Positions 52,585-64,000 of a stretch of 64,000 nucleotides of DNA are shown one piece after another (the first letter of the stretch is position 1; every line of letters starts with the position of its first letter). A program made the position numbers and the translations under genes. The notes beneath the pieces are model-generated. The model had not been told where the DNA came from. It did no database searches and worked only from the letters and a program-made list of their open reading frames with translations. The DNA comes from Geosiphon pyriformis uo1 (lineage: Eukaryota; Fungi; Glomeromycota): contig JAAOMT010000012.1 of the NCBI GenBank assembly GCA_016748015.1, positions 175,583 to 239,582 on the forward strand. Direction: 5' to 3'.

Positions 52585-53494
52585 TGTTACAAATAATTAT
52601 TTGGAGTCTCAGATCAAATAACAAATCCATAACTTGGTGCTCAATATCTTGATGATATTGGTAATACTGGTACATTGATTGTATCTAAAGGTTTTAGAGT
52701 TGAGTCTTTTGTATAATAAACAGAGATTCAATGACAATGTAGTTGGTTGGTAAGTTGTTTTTCCAATTTCTGTCTTCAGCATAGTGGTTGGTTTATTCTG
52801 GCAGTTGTGCTCTTCTGGTAAGCTATTCGTTAATATATATATGATTCTACTCTTATTTCTGGGTCTTTTACCAGGCTATCTGTGATATCAATTACTCAGC
52901 ACTTTAATTCCTAATCAATTAGTATACAATAGTAAAATCAAAGAAAAAAAAATAAAAGAAATAAAGAAATAAGCCAAGACAATACACAAGTTAGTATTCC
53001 GTTAATAGTCATGATCAAGAGCTATTGTTCCAGTGTGGTTAAGTATTAATTTCTACCAACATTAAATGTTGATAGTGGAGAGTAAATTAAGATAGTGAAT
53101 AATTATTTATTGATATCTGTGATGTAGAATGTTGCTTAGGTTAAATCTAAATTAAGAAGTCTCTAAAAGGAAAGATTCTACTTTCTTTACTTCTAACATT
53201 ACTGCTATATATATACATAATTGATGTTCTATAAGATTGCTCACATTCTCGAGCAATGTGCTATGATTTCTTGAGCAATGCTCACATTGCTGAGCAATGT
53301 GCCTTAATTTTCTAGTATTGCTCTATATTGCTGAGCCATGTGTCATGTTTTCTGATATTGCTCCACATTGTTGAGCAATGTGTCATGATTTTTGTTATTG
53401 CTCTACATTGCTAAACAATGTGTTCATGTGCTAAATACTATTCACTTATTGGTCTACTATTTTCCCTATATCTGTTTTCTTTTTATGAGTAATA
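52585..53494 (-). mobile_element. Solo LTR (element D family)
   Basis: TGTTAC...TAATA termini; TSD TCAT/CCAT. Confidence 0.92.
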
Positions 53495-53498
53495 CCAT

Positions 53499-54627
53499 CT
53501 AATTAAGCATATTGGCTATAAGAAAAGAAAGGAAAACATACCATTAAATTAAATAAGAGAAGACAAATTCCATCCAAATAAACATATTAGTCATAAAGAA
53601 AAAAGATGCATTGGCTCTTAAACTATTTAGAAACACTAGTTATTAGGCTATCTAATTAGATGTACTTTTAAATAATTTAGATGCAATAATTATAAAAAAA
53701 CTTACCAATAAGAATATTAATTGGTTCTTAAGAATCAAATTTTGAATGATTCTTAGTAGGATAATCTAATTTATTCTTAACTTTAAGGACTGTTGGTTAC
53801 AAAATCTCAATTACAGATTACAAAATATAGCTGGTGATTAATACACTAGTAATACAAAGATTATCTATTAATGAAAGATTTTTACAAGATCATTTTTATA
53901 AATAATCACAAATAATGCAAAATAAACACAATATAATAAAAACAATAATTATAAGATTTTTTTTTAATTTTTTGCTAATAATCTTAGAATATGCAAAAAA
54001 ATTTGAATAGTTAATTATTTACCATTTATATAAACTAGATCCAATTTTTAAATGTATTACTAAAGAGTAAATTACAGTTCAGTTTTATCTTGAAACTGGC
54101 AGTTCTTGGATTGGACAGATTGATTAATATTCTTATTCACCAGTTATTAAATACAATATACAGCAACTTAATTGGTAATACTGGCTGTGATTTATTAATA
54201 ATTTTTTAATATTTGATATAATTCTCATCTTGGATTTTAATAATTACTTCTTTTATGTTCTTCTCTTCAACACTTACAACAACTGTTTCATAAACCAGTT
54301 GGTATCTTATCATAAGAATAATGAAAATATTAAATGAAGTTACAAAATAAACAGACAGATCTATTGATATATTAGAAAGTTGAACTTTTTGTTAATTCTG
54401 AATCTTGTTTAAAAATTGAATATATTAATAAACTGGTTGGTTCTATCAATTTTAACTCTTTAGTTGTATGGGTTGTATGTAATAGCATTGTGTTAGTTGG
54501 TTCTTGTTTAAATAACAGCATTTTTGATTATGACTTATAGAACTTTTTGTAAAGAACTATTATGACTTTATTAACAATTTTTATATTACTGATTATAGCC
54601 TTATTTACAGAGACCATATTTTTGGAG
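53499..54627 (+). repeat. Segmental duplication copy 2, distal part (hypermutated twin of ~18876-20007)
   Basis: Colinear with copy 1 up to GACCATATTTTTGGAG; CpGs lost. Confidence 0.92.
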
Positions 54628-55179
54628 ATTGTTTTAGTTATTAAAACTACCTTATCTTTGTTGGTTATGTTCAAGTTTTGAATTATGACTTGGTTTGTTT
54701 AGACTAAATTATTGTGAAGTACAAATATTTGAACATTAATGTCCTTTTTTATTGTTTTGACAAGTTCGTGTTTTTTTATTAATAAAATTCATAATAGATT
54801 TGAGATTATAATATACTTGTTATTGAGATATTAAAATTGGTCACTTTTATTATATTATTATTATATAATAGAATATAACAATTATATATAAACAGATTCA
54901 AATCTTAAAACTAATATAAAGATATTTCAATAATAAAAATTATAAAAATTTAAATAAAATTTTATAATTAGCTAATAATTTCAATTTATTATTTAAACTA
55001 TTTAAAAAAAAATTTAATTTATAATTTTTTAAAACCAAATATAATAATAAATTATGATTTTATTAATTAAATTTAAAAATAATAATTTTTTTTTGTTTTT
55101 TTTTAATTAATTAAAAATGAAAATATTAAGAAAAATATATAATTATTTAAAAAATAAATTGAAAAAATTGAAAATAATA

Positions 55180-55280
55180 TATTTTATATGATTCATACTT
55201 AGTTTAGATTGATTATTTAATATATTGTACTAGACCATGTTTGGACCTCACTCATTAAATAAAAAAATAAAAAAAAAATA
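55180..55280 (+). mobile_element. Short LINE 3' tail with poly-A
   Basis: TGATTCATACTTAGTTTAGA...TGTACTAGA...TTTGGACCTCACTCATTAAAT followed by an A-run; resembles the tails at 9114-9247 and 29460-29600. Confidence 0.5.
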
Positions 55281-55398
55281 TTTTTAATATTTAATATATA
55301 TTTTATATAATAAAAACCACTATATAAATTTTTTATTTTAAATTATTATAATATTTAATTTACAGTATATAAAACTAAATAAAATAAATTTTAATAAA

Positions 55399-57675
55399 TT
55401 TTTTTTTTTATTATGTTTTAATAAGGTGTGTCCAAACACTATCTAATACTATGTGCCACTAGAGAATTACAAATTAGATGTGAATCATGCATTTTCTATA
55501 TGTGACAAACCACCTGAATCAGTCAAAACACTAACTAAGCTGAAACAATAGAAGGTAGGAATAATCCCAACTCACAAATTTTTTCAATTATACCATTCAG
55601 ATTCCTAGAATCAAAAATAAACTCACTAAGAAATAATCTAGTAGATTCAACACTACTCTTAACCTCAGTACCTGACATCTACCACAAAGCAATAACACAT
55701 TTAACAGTATCTTCATTCAAAAAAAAAGATTTGGTGGTCTGTATATTATTATAATCCATGCCACCAAAGTCAACTTCAGATCTAAGACAAACAATGTCCT
55801 TAAACACACCAACCAAAAAATTGGCAAAATTGTTAGAAGCATATTTTATAGAAAGAAGATCTTTCTTTAATTGAACAGCATTATCATCAAGAAAACAAGA
55901 TACCAAGGCAACCAAAGAGCCAACAGACTCAACAATAGACTTTACCAAAGCAGCCAAATCCAAAATTTGCTTTTCCAAAGAGTTTAATCTGGACCCAACA
56001 GCAGGATTAACAACAGCCACAAAAGGGGTGAAAGCCATCAAAGAAGGAAATTCAGACATAACAGGAGAAGCAAATGCTTTAGCATAAGACAAAGAACCAA
56101 CAAAATGTGGTTTGAACACCTTGGGAATCTTAAGAAAGGGAAATGAAGCAACTTTACAGTCTACAGCCAAGTGACCTGTTTCTTGACACTAAAAACAATA
56201 CTGACAATTAGGAGTCTCCTACCAGATATGGCACTTTCTAAGCATACTAGTTTTGGCAACAGCAAAGTCCAAATCAGCTTGGAAGCCAAACATAATTAGA
56301 GCAAAGCAGAGATGACAACCAGAATTAAAAGACTGAGAAATGAAACAAGACTGGCCACCAACCTAAAAAATCATATTACTGATTTCAAAAACAGTACAGC
56401 CAAGAGGAAAGTTGACCAACTTGGTCTTAAACCTATTACAAGACAAAATAGTCTTATTTTAATTCACCAAGGGAAGGATTCTAACACTATTTCTGTTCAC
56501 TAATACTGACCAATGATTCAAAGCAGATATGGCAGAATTCAACTTCTCAAAATAAACCACCACATATTGCCAAATGCCAGCAGGCTTCAGCATAACACGA
56601 GTAACCATACCAAAAACACTAAGAGCTGTCTTAATGTTAGCAGCAGACATATCCAAAGGCACATTATGCAGTGCAACAGCAGCAAAAGGGAATTCAGACT
56701 CAGAAACCACCAAAAACTTGGCAATTTTAAGAGTGGCAAAACAAACAGAGCTTGTAAGCTCAACTAAAAACACAGCATCTAAAGAGGTTTGAAAAGCAAA
56801 TTCCACACAAAAAAGCTTCACATTGTCTTTTAAAACAGACTTAGCATCCAAAAAACCATGTACAGATTGAAAAACAGCCTTAATATGAGCCAATTTGATT
56901 TTAAAAGTAGCACCAGACACTAGAGTAGAGGCCATCCACCCAGCAAATCTTTGATGATTAGTAATAGTTTCCCAAGCACCACCAGAAATAGCACCAGAAA
57001 CTAGAGGAAGAGATAATTCAGTTTTTATTTGATTAGCCCAGTTCTCAAGAACAGGTGACCCAACAGGAAGAGATTGTTTTGCTTCTAAAACCAGCAATAA
57101 TCTGCTGGAAGACACTACATTTGGCAACACAGCCAGTAGTTGATCTAAGCCTATCTTGGATGACGTGCCAGATGATGCTATAAAAATATCATCTAAGATC
57201 TCATTGAAAACCACAAAGAAGTTTGGTGTAACAATAGCAGAGGCAAGCAACTGCCCCCACTTTTCTGAACTTTTGGTTTTTTTGACCATTTTTTTTGAAA
57301 AGATGGTGCTAGAAGCACCAGGTGTTGAATCTATAGAAAAAAAAACCAGCTTATTTACTGGTCTATTATTAAAAACTTTTGGGCTCTTAGTCAGAATAAA
57401 GACAATACTGGAACTAACCCAAGTGTGTCTCTTTGAGGGAACTTTGACTGGTGAGAAACCAGCCAAAGATGAGGAAGTTGCTTTAGTGGCTATCAAAGGC
57501 AACTTATCACAATTATTGAATAGAAGAAAGGCTTTTAAAACATTCTGCCTAGTTGTTTCTACAACAGAAAGAGCTTCTCTGGTTGAAATTTTATTAGATA
57601 TCTTAGGACAGATATTAGGTGCAGCTTTTTTACTCTTTGCTCTGGTTGTGGTCATAAAATTAAGGAGACAAAGAG
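55399..57675 (-). mobile_element. ORF1-only half-LINE, copy 2
   Basis: ORF 57655 to 55535 (398-aa open part MTTTRAKSKK...), with the same 5' start, 3' UTR and poly-A position as copy 1. Confidence 0.88.
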
Positions 57676-57964
57676 TTTTTTTTTCCTAATTTTATTTTAT
57701 ATTTAATATAAAAAATAAGATTTATTTAAATATTAATATAATACAATATATTTGATATATTTTATATTTTTATTAATAATTTAATTTTTGATAATAAAAA
57801 TATAAACAAAAAAAATTAAACTAGTTTTTATTTTTATTTTTATTTTTTAATTATTTTTTGTTATTAAAATATTAGCTTATTAATTTGAATATTAAATAAT
57901 TTCATAATTTTATAAGCTATTATATATTATTAAACTTATAATAAAATAACTAATTTTATGCTAA

Positions 57965-58170
57965 TTGCTTATATAGTTACTTTGTAGTAGAAATTAACTT
58001 TTTTACAAAAAAATTTCATCTATAAGTTTTTCAAAATATGTGTAGTTACTTTGCTATAAAAATTAATTTTTTTACAAAAAAATTTTATCTATAAGTTTTT
58101 TAAAATATGTATAGTTACTTTACTATAAAAGTCAACTTTTTTACAAAAAATTTTAATTGTAAGCTATCCA
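57965..58170. repeat. ~68-bp tandem repeat x3
   Basis: TAGTTACTTT recurs at ~57975, 58044 and 58112 with matching intervening sequence. Confidence 0.75.
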
Positions 58171-58448
58171 ATAATCTAAAAAAAAGAGTTATTTTAAATT
58201 CAAACTTAAAAATTATTAACAATTATTAAAATTAATAGTTAATTAATTTTAAACTGTTAATATAAAAAAGTTAATTTTAAACAGAAATAATTAAAAATTT
58301 TATGTTTTTAAAGTAAATTTTATTAATATTAATTTGTAAAAAAGATGATTTTAACTAAAATATTTAGTAAAAAATACTCTTTTTTTATATAATTTATTAT
58401 AATACTATTCTATAATTTAACATTTTTTTTTAATATTTTGTTAAACTA

Positions 58449-61400
58449 TAGTGCAAATTATTTATAATCATCAAAAATGTAGATTAATTTAAAATTTTAA
58501 ATAATAATCTTCACATGTTTTTATTTATATAATTAAATTTTATTGGTTAATATACATGTGTTTTTAATATATTATTTATAATAAAAAATAAAATTTTATT
58601 AAATTTTATATAATATAAAACCAAATACAGTATTATAAAGTTTGAATATTATTTAATTTGTCTAATTCTTCAAGAATATTATCTGGAATTCTTCTATGAA
58701 ATTTATACTTTTTTATAGCATATTCTACTAATTTTCTACTAAGATTTTTTCTATAAAAATTTATATAACACCAATATTTTCTTAAAAATTATCTAATAGT
58801 TATTAAAGATACTGATTTAAGATTTTTAGACACTGTTCTTTGTAATTTTTTTCATGAATAATCATATTTGTTATGTGTATATCTTTTAACAGCTCCCTAA
58901 TATCTTTTAATAAAATTTAATTTGCAATGAAATTTTGGAAAAAAAATGTACTTATATTCTATACTTTTAATTAATTCTTTAATTGCATTTTTTTGAATAA
59001 GAAAATCAGATTTCAAAGATATTACTTGACATGTACAATAAAAAACTTTTGAAGAATTTTTGATTTTTTTTTTGCATTTTTGGTATTTTAATACTAATTC
59101 TTTTAATGGCCATTTTTCTTATTCTATTAATACTTGTTTAATTCCTTTAGACAATTTTTAAAGTTTTTTATTTGAATATGTTTTTAAAAAAATCATTGAT
59201 TGTAATTAATTATCTAATCCAAAAGAAGTATCTTGCATTAATGATTGCTTTTTACCTGAACTTAAATTCATTCTGTTTACAATTAAAGCATCTTTACTAA
59301 ATGCTATATGATTAGAACTATTATTGAAAGCAAATATGGCTGTACAATTTAAATATAATTTCTTAAAAATTGGAATTGTTTTACATTTAATTTGTTTAAA
59401 AAAATGGTCTGCTGTTCAATAACCATCTTAATTTATACCAGATTGTAAATAGCATTATGCTTTTTCTAATATATTAGAATAGTTTTTTATATTATTTTGT
59501 TGTAAACATAAATGTCTATTAATTTTAGTTAGAAATTTACTGATTATAATTGATTTTTTATTTATTTTTTTTCTTAGTGGCAAATTTCCATGCTCAGTCC
59601 ATATGTTACACTTGTCATTATTTGAATAAAAAATGATAGACTATAAAAACTTTTTCTTTCTTTTCATTAAGTAAGTTAGGATGTATTTGATCCATAAATT
59701 TATCTTCATACTTTAACATATACTTTTCATGCTTATATATTTTTTCTAAAAATTCTTTTTAAGATTACAAGATGTTATTTTTTTATGGCTATTATAATAT
59801 AAGTCTTAATGATATTGTTGGAATGAATAACCAAGAATTTTGAATTATCTTATTGTAGTCATAAAACTAATAGTTTTTTCCTTCATTATTCTAATATTAG
59901 GAAACAATTAATGTTCAATGAATTTTTTAAATATGGCTGAAGTGACATTAAAGTTTTGGTTTCTAATCCAAATATGATATCTTTCTGCAATGTTTTCATT
60001 ATTAATTATTCTAATTATTTTTTAATGTTTTCTATGTTTTAATGTTAGAAGCTTATTATTAAACAACCAATACTTTGCAAAATATCAAATTTTTTATGTT
60101 TTTCATACACTACCATCAATAAAAATCTTTTGGGCAATTTTCAAACTGGCATTAATTTTTTTATGTCTATTATTATTATTTAACAAGGTAAGATATTCAA
60201 AAATAGCTCTTTCTTGATTATATTTGAAGACAGTTAACTGAGCATATTGTTTTTCTAAATGGTTTTTTAATTCTTACACTTTTTTTATTTGACTAGCATA
60301 TAAATCAACCTTACATTCTGAATTGCTTGAAGATTCATTAAACTTGAATTATTGTAAGTCTGTAATTTAAGCATTACTAATATTAAAGAAAGTGGTAATT
60401 TTTTTAGTTCTAACTGCTGCTTTGGTAAATAAACCATCTGGTTTATATTTATCATAATAGGTTGATTTTAATATTTTTTTTGTCATGTAAGGGCCTCACT
60501 TCTTTTTTTTTAGATGATTGTTATTTTTCCATATTAAATTAAGTTTTTTTAATTACAGCTTCCATATTTTCTGTATTATTCTATCTACTGTCATTATTAT
60601 TGTTCTACTCTTTATTACTAATATCTAATCTGTTAAATTTATTTATTTTAATATCATAATTATTTATTGAAGTGATATGATGTGTTTTTTTATATAATCC
60701 TTTTGTATTTCTAACTTAATCTTTAGCTTTTCTTTTTCTTTTAGAATAAAGTGGTATTTTTTTATATAATGCAATGTTAATTTAGTGTGTTATTAGTGTT
60801 TGGACAGAATTAAAGAATTTGAATCATGTAATGTTGTACAACAAAATTATATTACAATAGAAATAGTATTTTTAATTTAGATATATATCTATTTTTTAAA
60901 TCTCTTTGGTTTTAATTTAAATTTTAATTTCTGTTTTGTAGTTCTGAATAAGAAGCAATAAAAAAAGTTCTTTTGGCATTTATTAAAAAAAATTTTTTAT
61001 TGGGATTGAAGAGATTATCTAAGCTAAAAATTTAAGTAATATTAATAAAAATAGTTATCACAAAAATTTCTTTAATTTATAACAAGAAATTTGGACAAAA
61101 AAGTTTAACATTAATAATTAAACAACCAACTTAAAAAAAACCTGATTTTTAAATTGAAGCCAATTCTTCAGAGCTAATGAAAAATTTATTGCAAATAATT
61201 GTTAATCAAAAAAATAGTAGGTAAGAATATTTAAAATAGATTTCAATTTTAATATTACAACCTAGTTATAATCTCTTATTTTTATATTTAGTAATTGACA
61301 ATATGCCAAATTATTTATGAATTTACCATTTAAAAAAAAATATCCAGAATATTATAATGTAATCAAAAAGCCAAGATCTTTAAACATAATTGAAGTTGGT

Positions 61401-62701
61401 ACTATGTACTTTTTTCTTATTAGTCACTTAATACTTGATATATGTTTTTTATATTATATTAGTAGAAAATTCGAAAAAAATATTATCTATTTATGAATTC
61501 AATCAAAACTTACAATTAATTTCAAAAATGTCATATATTTTAATAATAATTTACACATTTTCAAAGATATTAAATTCTTACAAGTAAAAAGTTTATTAGG
61601 TCTTTACAAAAAAATCTGAGTTTTATCTACTTAAACTAATATGCTTTATATATTTTTTGCATTAAACAAACTTATTAGAAAATGTATAACACTAACAAAA
61701 AAAAACTATTCAAGATTATGGTCTTTAAAACAACTTCAGTTCTCTTAATCAAGGTAAAGCCAAAGATCTTTTAATTCCAATCTGATTCCTTTAAATTAAT
61801 ACTAATTGATATAAGTTTCTTGATTATTGTAATAAGCTATTATATATTATATTCTAATAAATTGTTGAAATATTCAACAATCAAAATTTTTTATAGCCTA
61901 AAAAACCAATTCTAAAACTAGATTATGATTTGGTTGAATATATAATAAATATTTTAGTTAATATATTTTTCTTTGGTATAATTCATTATTTAAATATTAA
62001 ATTTAACCAAAAATCTTTATTACAGAGGATTTCATATATCTCTTAAATCTAAGTAATTCTTTGAAACATAACATTATAGTCATTAAAAAATTATTTGTGA
62101 ATTTAAAGTAAGTATTTACATTATAATAATTCAAAATTACAAATAGAGCACAAATAACATTCTCAAATTTTTTGACAATTGCTCATAGTACTTTTATAAT
62201 TCTTTTGACATCTGGTGTGAACAATATTAATATCTGGATTTTTGTTCTGGTAATAACAACCAAATATGATGATAGTATAAATAAAATATTCATGGTTAAT
62301 AATACTGTGTTATCAACAAAAGACACATAGGCCAAAAGATATTATATCTTTATAAAAAAGTGATCATTTAAAGATTAAATTAATATTAATTGAAAGCCTT
62401 TCTGAAAATGATAATACTTTGATAATTTATTACATGGTAATATAACTTTAATAATTTCTAATTGGCTAAAATCTGATTGATTGGCATCTGAAAATTAAAG
62501 ATTAATAATAAAAGTGATTAATTTTAAACTTTAATAACTTTATAAATTATAATATAATTCAAAAATTAAACTGTAAATATAAAAGAAAAGAACTTAATCT
62601 ATTATATTTACAGTTTAGTTTTTTAATATTATTAAAATTAGAAGACTAAATATAATTTAAAATTATATAAATTGTTTAATGACTATAAATAATTTGCACT
62701 A
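58449..62701 (-). mobile_element. IS630/Tc1/mariner-type transposon copy 2 (4.25 kb; ~550-bp deletion in the cargo gene)
   Basis: TIRs TAGTGCAAATTATTTATAATCATC and ...ACTATAAATAATTTGCACTA, TA on both sides; transposase ~58642-60757 (-); flanks differ from copy 1. Confidence 0.92.
60942..62363 (+). pseudogene. Bromodomain/Rsc4-like cargo gene, copy 2 (bromodomain exons ~61171-61583)
   Basis: ELMKNLLQIIVNQKN / QYAKLFMNLPFKKKYPEYYNVIKKPRSLNIIE (61292-61394, flanked by AG and GT) / YEFNQNLQLI / YFNNNLHIFKDIKFLQ-GT. Confidence 0.78.
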
Positions 62702-62709
62702 TACAAATT

Positions 62710-62785
62710 ATTTTTGCAAACTATAGATTATTTTGGTAAACTATTAAATATTTTGGTAAATTATTAAATATTTTGGTAAATTCTG
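62710..62785. repeat. 20-bp tandem repeat (ATTTTGGTAAAYTATTAAAT) x3-4
   Basis: Directly visible. Confidence 0.65.
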
Positions 62786-64000
62786 AATATTATATAATTT
62801 AGTATATTACATAATCTAATTAATACAATTTAATTACATTTTTGTTCTATATAAATTAAATTATATATTAAATAATAATTCAAATAATTTGATAAAATAA
62901 TAAATAATAAATTAAAATAATAATACATACTAATAATAATAAAAATTATAAAGATAATTTTATGTTAATTAATAACTTAAATTTTTGTTAATAATAATAA
63001 TTATAATAATTGTTTTTTATAAAAAGACTTTTGTTATTAGAAATATTTAAATTCTAAAAATCCAATTCTATTATAATCTTTTTTAATTTTTGGTTTTTTA
63101 ATTTCTAGTTATTTATTTAGTGATTTTTTTTATTTTTTTTATTTGTTGTTTAGATTAAATATCTTGTTTTACAATATTTGATTTACTTTAATAAATAATA
63201 TTTTGTTTAATATTGTAATTTTTACAAATAATTTATTTAAGAATCTTAATATATTTTTTGCTATAAGTAATACTGCAGCTTATTTTTTTGATTTGAATTT
63301 AAAATAAATATAAAAGTTTATGGTTTGCTTTTATTAATTTTAATTAAATTACAAATAATTATTTTAATCCTTAAGTTGTTATTTATTTAAATAACTAAAT
63401 AATTTTAAATACTTACAAAGCAGAATTGGTTTTGAAAGACTTAATTTTTATAATTGTTATTAAATAGAATATTATTATATTATTAATATTATTTATATAA
63501 ATTATTTTAGTAAATTAAATTAAAATTAAGAAATATTTTGACATAATGAGCAATAAATATATTAATGTATTAATGGATTGTATTATTAATTTTAGTCTGG
63601 TATTTCTTATTAATATTTATAAAAATTTTATAATTGCCAATAAAAAAACTGTTTTTGGCAATATTTGCCACTTTATTAAAACAATAAACAACTTAATTAG
63701 AAAAATTCAATAAGAAATTGGCTTTAATATTAATATAGTTTCTTTTTTTATTTGAATAATATTAATTAAAAGCTTACTGTTTTGGTTTAATATCTAAATT
63801 TCTACATAATTGCTGGTTTATTAGTAGGTTTTTAACTAGTTTGTAAATTTATATTATGAAAATTTTGTATTAAAAATTTTTTATAACTGTTAAAAAAACT
63901 TTATAATAAACAATATTCAAGTATTTTTTGTATATATTATAATAATGTTAAATTTTTTAACTATAGCTTTACTTGTATATAGTAAATTGCTGACTGATTA

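Noticed and set aside
57156-57689. 177-aa plus-strand ORF and similar antisense ORFs (56312-56792, 26965-27171, 46828-47202)
   Set aside because: Antisense shadows of TE coding regions with no independent motifs.
62790-64000. Genes in extremely AT-rich tracts (also 25600-26800 and 54650-55180) and short Ile/Lys/Phe-rich ORFs
   Set aside because: No recognisable motifs; compositionally expected ORFs, probably terminally decayed repeats.

Overview
This is an AT-rich eukaryotic (fungal) region made almost entirely of nested, decayed transposable elements. I found no intact host gene. The TE proteins resemble those I recall from Glomeromycotina, especially Geosiphon pyriformis (inference, not searched). 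Contents: (i) four copies or fragments of a large Ty3/Gypsy lineage with gag-PR-Cys-rich insert-dUTPase-RT-RH, an apparently separate integrase ORF and an extra 3' ORF (1-4869 +; 13145-17520 +; 30074-40020 -; 42283-52330 +), plus solo LTRs with 4-bp TSDs; (ii) a different Gypsy pol inside a ~2.5 kb direct segmental duplication; (iii) a pogo/Tigger transposase; (iv) LINE fragments and two copies of an ORF1-only 'half-LINE' that shares the LINE 3' tail; (v) two copies of a TIR/TA-TSD IS630-Tc1-mariner-type DNA transposon (20281-25094 and 58449-62701). Both copies of that transposon carry, divergently from the transposase, a spliced cargo gene with a bromodomain and a probable Rsc4-type C-terminal beta-sandwich, which is the most novel observation. 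Nearly all repeats show massive C>T/G>A transition hypermutation that removes CpG and also hits non-CpG contexts. This mutation is asymmetric between duplicated copies.
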